A DNA stretch of 64,000 nucleotides from an uncultured Lentisphaerota bacterium (GTDB taxonomy: Bacteria; Verrucomicrobiota; Kiritimatiellia; RFP12; UBA1067), in NCBI GenBank assembly GCA_900320225.1, contig ONRL01000005.1, positions 32,926 through 96,925 on the forward strand. Direction: 5' to 3'. Shown piece by piece: positions 49,569 to 59,910 of the stretch (positions are counted from its first letter, which is position 1; each line of letters starts with the position of its first letter). A program made the translations under genes and the position numbers. The notes below the pieces were generated by a model. That model did not search any database, was not told where the DNA came from, and saw nothing but the letters and a program-made list of their open reading frames with translations.

Positions 49569-50729
49569 ATGCGTCAGTTTGTTTGCGCGCTCATTGTCTG
49601 CGCAGTGGCGTCCGCCTTCGCGGCGGCACCGACGGTCCATGTGAAGAAAGAGGGCGCGAGCCGCGTGGTCGTGTCCGTCGAGACGGCAGGGGGGACGTCC
49701 GCCGCGGCGTACAACCGCACGCTGCAGCGGAACCTCGAGCTCACGGGCTATTTCCAGGTAGGCCCGAACGGGCAGATCCGCGTGACGGGCACGCCGGGCG
49801 GCACGGTGACGGCGACGGGCGCGGGCAAGCAGGTCACGCTGTCGGCGGCGGTGACGGACGACAAGTCGGCGCGCATGGCCGCGCGCCAGATGTCGGACGC
49901 GATCGTGGAGGCGCACACGGGCGCGCGTGGCTTCGCGACGGACCGCATCGCGTTCGTGAACCGCAAGGGACCGGACAACGCCGAACTCTACATGTGCTTC
50001 CCCGACGGCTACGACATCCGCCAGCTCACGAGCGACAAGCGCGCGGCGGTGGGTCCGCGCTGGGCGCCGAACAAGAACGACATCTACTACACGGGCTTTC
50101 TCCAGCGCACGCCGCTCGTCTACCGGCTGGACGCGGCGACGGGCCGTCGCTCCCTGCTCGCCCAGTTCAAGGGCCTCGCGACGGGCGCGGCCGTGTCGCC
50201 CGACGGCAAGTCGTGCGCAATCGTGCTCTCCTACCAGGGCAACCCCGAGCTCTACGTGCTTGACTTCGCCACGAAGCGCGTGGCGCGCATGACGCGCACG
50301 CAGAGCGCCTCCGAGGCCTCGCCGTGCTGGAGTCCCGACGGCCGCCAGATCGCCTACGTGAGCGACGAAACGCGCCACCCGCAGATCTACGTCGTCGACG
50401 TCGCCACGCGCAAGTCCCGCCGCATCACGAACATGGGGAGCGAGAACACGAATCCCGACTGGGGCGCGGACGGCATGCTCACGTGGTGCACGAAGCGCGG
50501 CGGGCAGAACTACGTGGCGGTGATGAACCCCGCGCAGGGCGAAAGCTCCGCCCGTCTCGTGACGGATGGCGGTACCTGGGAGCATCCGAGCTGGGCCGCA
50601 GACGGCCGGCACGTGGTCGCCTCGCGCGACAAGGCGCTCTTTATTGTGGACACGGCGCCAGACGGCGACCGTCCTACACGCCTCTTCGCGAACGGCGGCA
50701 ATTGGATGAACCCGGCCTGGTGCAGGTAA
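49569..50729 (+). CDS. tolB: TolB-like beta-propeller protein
   Basis: Signal peptide, IAFV, PD40 repeats PRWAP/AVSPDG/PCWSPDGRQIAY/PSWAADG, and GNPELY. Confidence 0.8.
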   Translation: MRQFVCALIVCAVASAFAAAPTVHVKKEGASRVVVSVETAGGTSAAAYNRTLQRNLELTGYFQVGPNGQIRVTGTPGGTVTATGAGKQVTLSAAVTDDKSARMAARQMSDAIVEAHTGARGFATDRIAFVNRKGPDNAELYMCFPDGYDIRQLTSDKRAAVGPRWAPNKNDIYYTGFLQRTPLVYRLDAATGRRSLLAQFKGLATGAAVSPDGKSCAIVLSYQGNPELYVLDFATKRVARMTRTQSASEASPCWSPDGRQIAYVSDETRHPQIYVVDVATRKSRRITNMGSENTNPDWGADGMLTWCTKRGGQNYVAVMNPAQGESSARLVTDGGTWEHPSWAADGRHVVASRDKALFIVDTAPDGDRPTRLFANGGNWMNPAWCR

Positions 50730-50763
50730 AAAGTGATAGTGAATAAGTAGAGGAGAAGGAACG

Positions 50764-51672
50764 ATGAATCGAAGAGAGTTTCTGGGCATGGCCGCAGGGG
50801 CGGCCGTCGTGGGCGTCACGGCGTCGGCAAAGGGCGCCGATGCGCCGAAGAGGATCCTGTTCGGGGCCTGTCGCGGACCGAAGGACGTGCCGCTTCTGAA
50901 GAAGGCGGGATTTGACTTCTGGGAATGGAACGCGGCCTCCGCGTTCATGCCGGACGAGCTGGATGAATCCAAGTGGGCTTCGCGCCGCGACGAGATCCTC
51001 GCCGCGCCGCTGCCGATCCGCTCGAGCAACGGCTTCCTGCCCGGCAAGTTCCGGCTCACGGGTCCGCAGGCCGACTTCGCCCCTGCGCTCGACTACGCCG
51101 AGCGCGTGTGCCGCCGCGCGGACAAGGTGAACCTCAAGACGATCGTGTTCGGAAGCGGCGGCGCGCGCAACGTGCCCGGCGACTTCACCGCGAAGAACCG
51201 CGCGGACCATCCGGACACTGAGCAGGGCACCGCCCAGATGACGGATTTCTGCCGCCAGCTCGCGAAGCGTATCGCGGACTGCAAGGTGGTGGTGGTGATC
51301 GAGCCGTTGCGCCCCAAGGAGTCCAACATCGTCAACTTCGTGTGGCAGGGCCTCCACATGGTCGAGGACGTCGGCTCGCCGCGGATCCAGCAGCTCGCCG
51401 ACATCTTCCACATGATCATGGGCCGAGAGGACGCCGAATCGATCGTCAAGGCCGGTGACCGCCTCAAGCACTGCCACATCGCCACGAAGGAAAAGCGCGC
51501 CTATCCCGGCGCGAACGACACCGAGGCGTTTCTCCCGTACTTCGCCGCGCTTAAGCGCATCGGCTACACGGGCGGCGTGTCCTGCGAATGCGGCTGGGGC
51601 AAGAAAGAGGAGTTCGAGAAGAACCTCGACATCGCCATCGCCACGCTCAAGAGCCTTGAGGCCCAGGCTTAA
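50764..51672 (+). CDS. Tat-exported sugar phosphate isomerase/epimerase (TIM barrel)
   Basis: MNRREFLG, VFGSGGAR, IEPL, ADIFHM, HCHIA and SCEC. Confidence 0.85.
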   Translation: MNRREFLGMAAGAAVVGVTASAKGADAPKRILFGACRGPKDVPLLKKAGFDFWEWNAASAFMPDELDESKWASRRDEILAAPLPIRSSNGFLPGKFRLTGPQADFAPALDYAERVCRRADKVNLKTIVFGSGGARNVPGDFTAKNRADHPDTEQGTAQMTDFCRQLAKRIADCKVVVVIEPLRPKESNIVNFVWQGLHMVEDVGSPRIQQLADIFHMIMGREDAESIVKAGDRLKHCHIATKEKRAYPGANDTEAFLPYFAALKRIGYTGGVSCECGWGKKEEFEKNLDIAIATLKSLEAQA

Positions 51673-51686
51673 GGCATCCTGCAACG

Positions 51687-51760
51687 GGAGGGTCGCGCTT
51701 GTCGCGACCGAAGCGGCGAGACGCCGCTTCCTCCAAAGGAGGGTCGCGCTTGCCGCGGCC
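51687..51760. repeat. Intergenic cluster of three GGAG-footed palindromes (BIME-like)
   Basis: GGAG-GGTCGCG-CTTGT-CGCGACC (+), GGAG-GAAGCGGCG-TCT-CGCCGCTTC (-) and GGAG-GGTCGCG-CTTGC-CGCGGCC (+). Confidence 0.8.
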
Positions 51761-51887
51761 TTTTCTTTGTTCTATTTTTCCTATTTTCCGCTTTTCATTT
51801 TCATTTTTCACATTTCATTTTTCACTTCCCCAAGGTTTCACGAACGGCGATTTTTTGGTATACTATTCGGCAAGGATTATTAGGTAC

Positions 51888-52712
51888 ATGAAAGTACGGC
51901 AGATAGATGTTGACCGCGGCGTGGCGTTTGGCGACGGTTCGCTGACGTTCATCGCCGGTCCGTGCGTGATTGAGAGCCGAAGGATGGCGCTCGACCTCGC
52001 GGCGCGTCTCGTGGAAGTGGCGAACGAGCTGTCGGTGAATTATGTCTTCAAGGCGAGCTTCGACAAGGCGAACCGCACGAGCGTGGATTCGTTCCGCGGC
52101 CCTGGCATCGACGCGGGTCTTGACATCCTCGCGGAGATTCGCGAGACGTTCGAGGTGCCGGTGCTCACGGACGTGCACGAGCCCTGGCAGTGCGCGCGCG
52201 TGGCGGAGGTGTGCGACGTGCTGCAGATTCCCGCGTTCCTCGCGCGGCAGACGGACCTCGTGGTGGCGGCGGGCAAGACGGGCGCCGTGGTGAACGTCAA
52301 GAAGGGGCAGTTCATGGCCCCCGAGGACATGGCGAACGTGGTGAAGAAGATCGAGTCCACGGGCAACCGGCGCATCGTGCTGTGCGAGCGCGGGGCGAGC
52401 TTCGGCTACCGGAACCTCGTGGCGGACATGCGCTCGCTGCTGATCATGCGCGACCTCGGCTATCCAGTGGTCTTCGACGCGACGCACTCCGTGCAGCGCC
52501 CCGGCGGGCTCGGCACGGGGTCCGGCGGCGACGGCAAGTACGCGCCGCCGCTCGCACGCGCGGCCGTGGCGACGGGCGTGGACGGCGTGTTCATGGAGAC
52601 GCACGTCAACCCCAGGAAGGCCCTTTCCGATTCGGCGAACGCCATTCCGTTCCGCGAGGTGAAGGCGTTGTGGAAGAAGCTGCTGGCGATTCACGAGATT
52701 GTACGAGGGTGA
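51888..52712 (+). CDS. kdsA: KDO 8-phosphate synthase
   Basis: IAGPCVIES, KASFDKANRTS, QIPAFL.RQTD and DATHSVQ. Confidence 0.96.
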   Translation: MKVRQIDVDRGVAFGDGSLTFIAGPCVIESRRMALDLAARLVEVANELSVNYVFKASFDKANRTSVDSFRGPGIDAGLDILAEIRETFEVPVLTDVHEPWQCARVAEVCDVLQIPAFLARQTDLVVAAGKTGAVVNVKKGQFMAPEDMANVVKKIESTGNRRIVLCERGASFGYRNLVADMRSLLIMRDLGYPVVFDATHSVQRPGGLGTGSGGDGKYAPPLARAAVATGVDGVFMETHVNPRKALSDSANAIPFREVKALWKKLLAIHEIVRG

Positions 52713-52719
52713 GACGGGC

Positions 52720-53253
52720 ATGGTGAACGGAGCGCAGAAAATCCTGGTGTGGATGGCCGGCGTGCTGGCGGCGGCCTCGGCGGCCGCGGCGTTTTCCAGC
52801 GAGCGCTGGCTTGCGGAGCGGGCAGACGATTCCGACATGCTGCGTCTGCGCGCGGCGTTCGTGGAGTGCGCGAAAAAGGCGGTTGCGCCGGCCGAGAACG
52901 TGTCAATGGTGCTGGAGTCCTATCCCGACGGCGCTGTCAAGTCGCGCATCACGGCCGCACGGGCGACCATTTTCCCGGATTCCAGCTATGTCTGGGCAGA
53001 GAAAATCCGCCTCGAGCAGTTCGACGCCACCGGTACGAACAGGACGGCGCGGCTGGACGCCGAGAACTGCCTCGTGGACCGCACGACGAAGACCGGTTGG
53101 GTGGACGGTAACGCCAACATGGTCTACGGCGACTCCACCGTGAAGGGGAGGGGCATCTATTTTTCGCTGACGCGCGAGTTCATCAAGATCTTCTCGCAGT
53201 CGGAGATCCGCACAAAAGGCGGAAAGATCGATCCTCGGAGGGTGATTAAATGA
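52720..53253 (+). CDS. lptC: LptC-like protein
   Basis: Position between kdsA and lptA/lptB, and a beta-jellyroll-like pattern. Confidence 0.6.
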   Translation: MVNGAQKILVWMAGVLAAASAAAAFSSERWLAERADDSDMLRLRAAFVECAKKAVAPAENVSMVLESYPDGAVKSRITAARATIFPDSSYVWAEKIRLEQFDATGTNRTARLDAENCLVDRTTKTGWVDGNANMVYGDSTVKGRGIYFSLTREFIKIFSQSEIRTKGGKIDPRRVIK

Positions 53254-54586
53254 AAAACGTTTCGGTTTTCTTCATGTGCTTCGCATGCGTGTGCGCGGTT
53301 GGCGCCGCGGATCTGTCGGATTTGATCATTCCGGCTCCCGCGTCGGAGACCGTCAACCCAGACGACGTGATGCTGCGCCGTCCGGCGGCCCGTAGCCGAG
53401 CCGACCTCGACGCGCGCGCCAAAGCCGCCGCTGCGGCGGCCGAAGCCCGGGCAAAGGCAGCGGCCGAAGCAGAAGCCAAGGCGAAAGCCGAAGCGGAGGC
53501 AAAGGCCAAGGCCGAAGCAGAAGCCAAGGCGAAGGAGGAGGCTGCGAAGGCGCGCGCCGCCGCGGAAGCCGAGGCGAAGGCGAGAGCTGAAGCGGAGGCC
53601 AAGGCGAAGGAGGAGGCTGCGAAGGCTCGCGCCGCCGCGGAGGCTGAGGCGAAGGCGAAAGCCGAAGCGGAGGCCAAGGCGAAGGAGAAGCGGAGGCCAA
53701 GGCGAAGGAGGAGGCTGCGAAGGCTCGCGCCGCCGCGGAGGCTGAGGCGAAGGCGAAAGCCGAAGCGGAGGCCAAGGCGAAATTAGAGTCTGAAATCCAG
53801 ACGTTGCGTGAACAGGTGGCGCGCGAGAAGGCGGCGCGGGAGAACGTCGAGGGCAAGGCGGCGGTTGACCGCGCGGCGGCCGAGAAGGCGGCGGCGCAGG
53901 CGGTGGCTGACCGCGCGGCGGCCGAGAAGGCGGCGGCGCAGGCGGCGGCAGACCGCGCGGCGGCGCAGAAGGCGGCCGAGGCGAAGGCGGCGGCGGAAAA
54001 GCGCATTTCGTATCTGCAGAACCCGGATCCGGACGAGCGGCCGAAGCCGAAGAAGCTGGAGGCGCCGGCCGAGCAGCGGGACGTGACGGAGACGGTGCCG
54101 GCTCCCGGCAAGAAGGCGAAAAAGGCGAAGGGCGCGACCACGCGTACGGGACGCGACGCCGTGATCACGAGCGAGCGCACGGATTACGACCGCAAGGAGG
54201 GCATCATCCTCTTCGACCGCAACGTGTTCGTGGACGACGAGCAATACCAGATGCATGCGGACAGGCTCTTCGTGTTCCTGGACGGCACAAACGACCTCAA
54301 GCGCATCGTGGCGATCGGGAACGTGTCGATCACCAACGAGGCGCGCACGGCGTCTTGCTCGCGCGCGGTGTTCACGAAGGCCGCCTCGAAGATCGTGATG
54401 TACGGCGACGAGAATTCCTACGCGCGGCTGGAGGATCCGTCGCAGCGCGGCGGCATGGCCGAGGGCAAGAAGATCACGTTCTGGCTGGACGCCGAGCAGG
54501 TGTCGGTTGAGGAGTCCGCCGTACGCCTGCCGGGCGCGGCGTTGAAGGCGCGCGACCCCAAGAAGATGCTGGAGCAGGCGAAGTAG
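53250..54586 (+). pseudogene. lptA: LptA/OstA-like protein with a long Ala/Lys/Glu helical repeat, frameshifted near 53687
   Basis: C-terminal ITSERTDYD..NVFVDD..ADRL..IVAIGNV. Removing a duplicated 23-mer (53664-53686/53687-53709) gives a 1314-nt ORF. Confidence 0.75.
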
Positions 54587-54602
54587 GCGGAGAGAGCTCG
54601 CG

Positions 54603-55379
54603 ATGGACGATCCCGTGATAAAGGCCATGACGGAGATGGCGCTTGAAAGCGAAAAGGCCCCCGACCTTTCCGCGAAGGGCCTCGTCAAGTCGTATGGCGA
54701 CCGCACGGTGGTGAACGGCATGTCGATGGACGTGCGGTGCGGCGAGATCGTGGGGCTGCTGGGACCGAACGGCGCGGGGAAGACGACGACGTTCTACATG
54801 ATCGTGGGCCTCGTGAAGCCGAACGAGGGGACCGTGACGTTCCGCGGCGAGGACGTGACGCGACTGCCCGTGTTCCAGCGCGCGCGCAAGGGCCTCGGCT
54901 ACCTCGCGCAGGAGGCGAGCGTGTTCCGCAAGCTCAGCGTGTGGAACAACGTGATGGCGATCATCGAGACGCTGGACATGAAGCGGGCCGACCGCGCGGC
55001 GCGTTGCGAGGAACTGCTCGCCTCGCTCGACCTGCTGAAGGTGGCGAAGCAGCCCGCCTACACGCTCTCCGGCGGCGAGCGGCGCAAGCTCGAAATCGCG
55101 CGCGCGCTCGTGCGCCGGCCGTCGATCCTCATGCTGGACGAGCCTTTCGCGGGCGTGGACCCGCTTGCCGTGCACGACATCCAGGAGATCGTGCGCGGAC
55201 TCCGCAACCAGGGCCTCGGCATCATCATCACGGACCACAACGTGCGCGAGACCCTCAACGTGGTGGACCGCGCCTACCTGGTGTACGACGGTCGCCTGCT
55301 CTGCGAAGGCACGAGCGACTACCTCGTGAACGACGAGGACGCCCGCCGGCTCTACCTCGGCGAGGATTTCAGGATGTAA
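54603..55379 (+). CDS. lptB: LPS export ABC ATPase
   Basis: GPNGAGKTTTFYM, YLAQEASVFR, LSGGERR, DEPFAGVDP and TDHNVRETL. Confidence 0.96.
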   Translation: MDDPVIKAMTEMALESEKAPDLSAKGLVKSYGDRTVVNGMSMDVRCGEIVGLLGPNGAGKTTTFYMIVGLVKPNEGTVTFRGEDVTRLPVFQRARKGLGYLAQEASVFRKLSVWNNVMAIIETLDMKRADRAARCEELLASLDLLKVAKQPAYTLSGGERRKLEIARALVRRPSILMLDEPFAGVDPLAVHDIQEIVRGLRNQGLGIIITDHNVRETLNVVDRAYLVYDGRLLCEGTSDYLVNDEDARRLYLGEDFRM

Positions 55380-55413
55380 AAAGAGAACCAACCAAAAACA
55401 AGGAGGACACAGA

Positions 55414-55749
55414 ATGAGTATAGAAGTGACGATGCGCCACAGCGACGTGAAGATCGAGTCGCTGAAGGACTATGCGCAGAAACGCATGGAGAAGCTCCAG
55501 CAGGCCTTTCCGAAGGTGACGAAGATCACGATCGTGATCGACGTCGACGTGAAGAAGCACATGTACATGGCCGAAGTCGTGGCGAACCGCCTCGGCGAGA
55601 CGGCCGTGGGCGCGAAGGAGTTCAGCGAGTCCGGCAAGAGCGTGATTGACGCGGCCGCGGCGCGCGCCGAGCGCCAGTTGTTGAAGATGCGCGTGAAGGC
55701 GCGCAAGGGCAACGTGCGCGCCGCGCGCGCCGGTTCCCCGCGCAACTGA
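55414..55749 (+). CDS. hpf: Ribosome hibernation factor HPF/RaiA (short form)
   Basis: IEVTMRH..SLKDYA.KRMEKL and ID.A..RAERQL.K. Confidence 0.8.
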   Translation: MSIEVTMRHSDVKIESLKDYAQKRMEKLQQAFPKVTKITIVIDVDVKKHMYMAEVVANRLGETAVGAKEFSESGKSVIDAAAARAERQLLKMRVKARKGNVRAARAGSPRN

Positions 55750-55767
55750 GGCGGACGTTCGGGGACG

Positions 55768-56766
55768 ATGGCGGACGACGCGAAAGAGACCGGAACACGG
55801 ACGTTCACCCTCCGCGACTTCGTGGACGCGGGGCGGGGGCGCCTGCACCTCGACGTCGTCGTGGGCGGAGATGGCCTGCGGCACGAGGTGCTGGAGCCCA
55901 TGTGCAACCGTCCCGGCCTCGCCCTGACGGGCTTTTACGGATGTTTCGCCTGGCGCCGGCTCCAGGTGATCGGGCAGGCCGAACAGGCCTACCTCGAGAG
56001 CCTGCCGTCCGGCGAACCCCTCGCGCGCGTCAAGGCGCTCTTCGAGCGCGGGGCCTACTGCATCATCTTCGCCAACGGCATGCAGGTGCCGGACGGCCTC
56101 AAGGCCGCGGCCGAGACCGCGGGGGCGGTGGTGATGCGCACGGACCTCATCACGCGCGAGTTCTTCCACCAGAGCACCTTCGTGCTGGAGTCGCTGCGCG
56201 CGCCGACGATGCGCATGTACGCGACCACCGTGGAGGTGGCGGGGCTCGGCGTGCTCATCGAGGGCGCGCCCGGCCTCGGCAAGAGCGAGACGGCGCTCGG
56301 CCTCGTCAAGCGCGGAAACGCGCTGGTGGCGGATGACTTCACCTGCATCCGAAAGGACGTGGCGATCAACGCGCTCTTCGCCTCCGCGAGCGAAGTGACG
56401 CGCAACTACATGGAAATACGCGGAATCGGCATCATCAACGTACCGAAGGTGTTCGGCGTGACCGCCGTGCGCGGGGAGAAGCGGGTCGACCTCGTCGTCT
56501 CGCTCCGCCGCATGGAGGACGTCAACGGCGAGCTCGACCGCTCCGGCGAGGAGCGCCGCACGCGCACGATCCTCGGCGTGGAGGTGCCGCAGATCACGAT
56601 TCCGGTTTCGGCCGGTCGCGACCTGGTGAACCTGATAGAAACGGCCGCCCAGCAGTACAAGCTGCTGGCGAGCGGCTATGACGCCGTGAAGGACCTGGAC
56701 GCGCGCATCTGCGCGCGGGCCGCGGCCACTTCCGGCGCCCCACAGACGGGAGGGCCTCATGGCTGA
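55768..56766 (+). CDS. hprK: HPr kinase/phosphorylase
   Basis: NRPGLALTG, GLGKSETAL, LVADD, MEIRGIGII and PVSAGRDL. Confidence 0.95.
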   Translation: MADDAKETGTRTFTLRDFVDAGRGRLHLDVVVGGDGLRHEVLEPMCNRPGLALTGFYGCFAWRRLQVIGQAEQAYLESLPSGEPLARVKALFERGAYCIIFANGMQVPDGLKAAAETAGAVVMRTDLITREFFHQSTFVLESLRAPTMRMYATTVEVAGLGVLIEGAPGLGKSETALGLVKRGNALVADDFTCIRKDVAINALFASASEVTRNYMEIRGIGIINVPKVFGVTAVRGEKRVDLVVSLRRMEDVNGELDRSGEERRTRTILGVEVPQITIPVSAGRDLVNLIETAAQQYKLLASGYDAVKDLDARICARAAATSGAPQTGGPHG

Positions 56767-57046
56767 CGAGAAACTGACAAAAGAAATGACGCTCCAGAAC
56801 AAGTACGGCATGCACGTGCGTCCGGCCGGCCTTTTCGCGAAGATCGCCTCGCGCTTCAACGCGGACGTGGAGGTGGAGAAGGACGGCAACGTGGTGAGCG
56901 GGAAGTCCATCATGGCGCTTATGACGCTCGAGGCCGTGTGCGGAACCACGCTCCGCGTTACGGCCAGCGGTCCGCAGGCCAGCGAAGTGCTGGAGGAGCT
57001 CGCGGCCCTCGTCTCCCGCAAGTTCGACATCCCCGACGAGCAGTGA
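56759..57046 (+). CDS. ptsH: HPr phosphocarrier
   Basis: GMHVRPA (His15) and GKSIMALM (Ser46). Confidence 0.95.
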   Translation: MADEKLTKEMTLQNKYGMHVRPAGLFAKIASRFNADVEVEKDGNVVSGKSIMALMTLEAVCGTTLRVTASGPQASEVLEELAALVSRKFDIPDEQ

Positions 57047-58872
57047 CGGACGGCGCGGACACGGGAGCGCCTGCCGGGCGCGCGGCATCGGCGACGGTCA
57101 CCGTCGCCGGCCTCGCCACGTCCCGCGGCTTCGCCGCGGGGCCGGCGTTCGTCTACTCCAAGGACAGCGTCCTCTCCGTGCCCGAATACGCCATCCCCGA
57201 TTCGGCCGTCGACGCCGAAATCGCCCGTTACCGGGCGGCCCGCGCGGAGACGCGACGCCAGGTCGAGGAACTGGTCGCGAAGTTCAAGTCCGACACGGAC
57301 GGCCTCGCCTCGGACGTGCTCTCGAACCACCTGCTGCTGGTGGACGACCCCACCGCGGACGCCGCCGTCGAACGCCGCATCTCCGTCGAGCACCTGAACG
57401 CCGAGGCCGCCATCCGCCATACGGCGGACGACTTCCGCGCGATTTTCGCGAAGATGCGCGACCCCTACCTGCGCGAACGGCAGCGCGACGTCGAGGACGT
57501 CGAAAACCGCCTGCTCCGCGTCCTGCTGGACCGCGGCGAGTCGGCGTTCGACCGCATCTCGAAACCGGTGGTGGTCGTCGCGGACGACCTCACGCCTTCC
57601 GAGACGGTCACGCTCCCGCGCGACCTGATCCTCGGCTTCGCGACGAACCGCGGCTCCACCACCTCGCACGTGGCGCTGCTCGCCCGCGCGCTCGGCATCC
57701 CCGCCGTCGTCGGCCTCGGCGACGTCACCTCCCGCGTCCAGCCCGGCGATTTCCTGCTGCTTGACGGCACGAAGGGTGCCGTTACCGTCAACCCGGACGA
57801 ACAGGCCCGCGCCGCCTTCGACGCCCTCGCGCGCCGCGAACGCGAGCTGCGCGCCCAGTTGGTGGAGAACCGCGCGGCATCCGGAGCCGCGCCGGCCGTG
57901 CGTCTCTGCGCGAACGCCCAGCCGGGCGTCTCGCTCGCGGACCTCTCGGCCTACGGCGCGCAGGGCATCGGCCTGTACCGCAGCGAATACCTCTGGCTCG
58001 GTGGGGCGGCGGATCCCGGCGAGGAGGAACAGACCGCCGCCTACGTCGAGGCCGCCCGCGCGGCCGCGCAGCTCGGCGACGGCGCGCGCGTCGTGTTCCG
58101 CGCGCTCGACATCGGCGGGGACAAGGTCCAGCGCGGACAGCATCCGTACGAGGCGAACCCGTTCCTCGGCAACCGTTCCATCCGCTTCCTCCTCTCCCAC
58201 CGCGACGTCTTCCGCACGCAGCTGCGCGCCATCCTGCGCGCGAGCGCGCAGGGCCCGAGCTCCGTGATGTTCCCGATGGTGGCCACCGTGCAGGAGCTGC
58301 GCGAGGCGAACAACGAGCTGCGCCGCGCGATGGACGCGCTGGCGGCGGAGGGCGTGCCGTTCGACGAGCACATCCCGCACGGCGTGATGGTGGAGGTGCC
58401 GTCCGCCGCGCTCAACGCCGACGCCTTTGCGCGGGAATGCGATTTCTTCTCGATCGGCACGAACGACCTCGTGCAGTACACGATGGCTGCCGACCGCGCG
58501 AACGAGCGCGTCTCCTATCTCTACCAGCCGGCCAACCCCGCGGTGGTGAAGCTCGTGGACATGGCGGTGGGGGCCGCGCGCGCCGCCGGCATCCCTGTCT
58601 CCGTCTGCGGCGAATCCGCCTCCGATCCCGTGCTCGGCGTGCTGTGGGTGGGCCTCGGCGTGACGGAGCTCTCCATGAGCGCCAGCTACATCCCCGCGGT
58701 TCGGAAGACGCTCCAGGCCGTCTCCGCTGACGAGGCGCGCGACCTCGCCGAACGCGTGCGCGGCTACGGATCCTCGCGCTCCGCGGCGGAAATCTACGCG
58801 GATTGCCGCGCGCTCGTCGTTTCAAAGGTTCCCCAATTAGGGGAGATGCAGTCGTTTCTCACAGCGGGCTGA
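57043..58872 (+). CDS. ptsI: PTS enzyme I
   Basis: TSHVALLAR, GIGLYRSE, NPFLGNR, FSIGTNDL.QY and VCGE. GTG overlaps the ptsH stop. Confidence 0.95.
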   Translation: MTDGADTGAPAGRAASATVTVAGLATSRGFAAGPAFVYSKDSVLSVPEYAIPDSAVDAEIARYRAARAETRRQVEELVAKFKSDTDGLASDVLSNHLLLVDDPTADAAVERRISVEHLNAEAAIRHTADDFRAIFAKMRDPYLRERQRDVEDVENRLLRVLLDRGESAFDRISKPVVVVADDLTPSETVTLPRDLILGFATNRGSTTSHVALLARALGIPAVVGLGDVTSRVQPGDFLLLDGTKGAVTVNPDEQARAAFDALARRERELRAQLVENRAASGAAPAVRLCANAQPGVSLADLSAYGAQGIGLYRSEYLWLGGAADPGEEEQTAAYVEAARAAAQLGDGARVVFRALDIGGDKVQRGQHPYEANPFLGNRSIRFLLSHRDVFRTQLRAILRASAQGPSSVMFPMVATVQELREANNELRRAMDALAAEGVPFDEHIPHGVMVEVPSAALNADAFARECDFFSIGTNDLVQYTMAADRANERVSYLYQPANPAVVKLVDMAVGAARAAGIPVSVCGESASDPVLGVLWVGLGVTELSMSASYIPAVRKTLQAVSADEARDLAERVRGYGSSRSAAEIYADCRALVVSKVPQLGEMQSFLTAG

Positions 58873-58908
58873 CCGCCGCGTGGAAAGGAAGAACAGGAAA
58901 CCGAAAGC

Positions 58909-59892
58909 ATGTCAGTGAAGATTCTGGGAACGGGCAGCTACCTGCCACCGAAGGTCGTGACGAACGACGATCTCGCGCGGACGCTCGATACGTCCGACGA
59001 GTGGATCTACTCCCATACGGGCATCCACTCGCGCCATGTCGCGGATGCGGACGACTGCACGTCCTCCATGGCCGCGAAGGCGGCGCGGAAGGCGCTGGAG
59101 GCGGCGCAGGTCGAACCAGCCGACATCGGGCTCATCATCGTCGCCACGTCGACTCCCGACTACGCGACGTTCCCGTCCACGGCGTGCCTCGTGCAGGCCG
59201 CGCTCGGGTGTCCGGAGACCGGCGCCTACGACATGCAGGCGGCCTGTGCGGGCTTCGTCTACGCCCTCGAGCAGGCGCGCTGCTGGGTGCGCGTGAACAC
59301 GGGCAAGAAGGCCCTCGTGATCGGCGCCGAGACGCTTACGCGCATCGTGGACTGGCGCGACCGCGGCAGCTGCATCCTCTTCGGCGACGGCGCGGGCGCG
59401 GTCGTGGTCGGCGACGTGCCGGGCGACGAGGGCCCCTCCGCGCACTCCATCCTGTGGGCGGACGGCAAGGGGGCGAGCTTCATCTACCGCGAAGGCGGTA
59501 CGCGCCTCCCTGCCCAGCCGGGGATGCTGCCGATTCCCTACCTCGTGCTGCAGGGACACGACGTGTTCGCGTTCGCCGTGCGGTCGCTCGCCAAGGTCAC
59601 GAACCAGCTTTGCGAGAAGCTCGGCACCACGCCGGCGGAGCTTGACCGCGTCTTTGCGCACCAGGCGAACGGGCGGATCATCGAGGCCGTCGCACGGCGC
59701 ATGAAGCTCCCGCTCGAGAAGTTCTACCTCAATCTCGAGACGACGGGAAACACGTCTGCGGCCTCCATCCCCGTCGCCCTCGACGACGCCGTGCGGAAGG
59801 GCGAGCTCGCGGAGGGCGCGCGGATTGTCCTCTGCGGCTTCGGCGCCGGCCTCACGTACGCCGGCACATACATGCAGTGGCCGTTTTTGTAA
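58909..59892 (+). CDS. fabH: 3-oxoacyl-ACP synthase III
   Basis: AACAGF, LFGDGAGA, HQAN and GNTSAAS. Confidence 0.95.
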   Translation: MSVKILGTGSYLPPKVVTNDDLARTLDTSDEWIYSHTGIHSRHVADADDCTSSMAAKAARKALEAAQVEPADIGLIIVATSTPDYATFPSTACLVQAALGCPETGAYDMQAACAGFVYALEQARCWVRVNTGKKALVIGAETLTRIVDWRDRGSCILFGDGAGAVVVGDVPGDEGPSAHSILWADGKGASFIYREGGTRLPAQPGMLPIPYLVLQGHDVFAFAVRSLAKVTNQLCEKLGTTPAELDRVFAHQANGRIIEAVARRMKLPLEKFYLNLETTGNTSAASIPVALDDAVRKGELAEGARIVLCGFGAGLTYAGTYMQWPFL

Positions 59893-59910
59893 TTTGAAAG
59901 GAAAGGCAAT

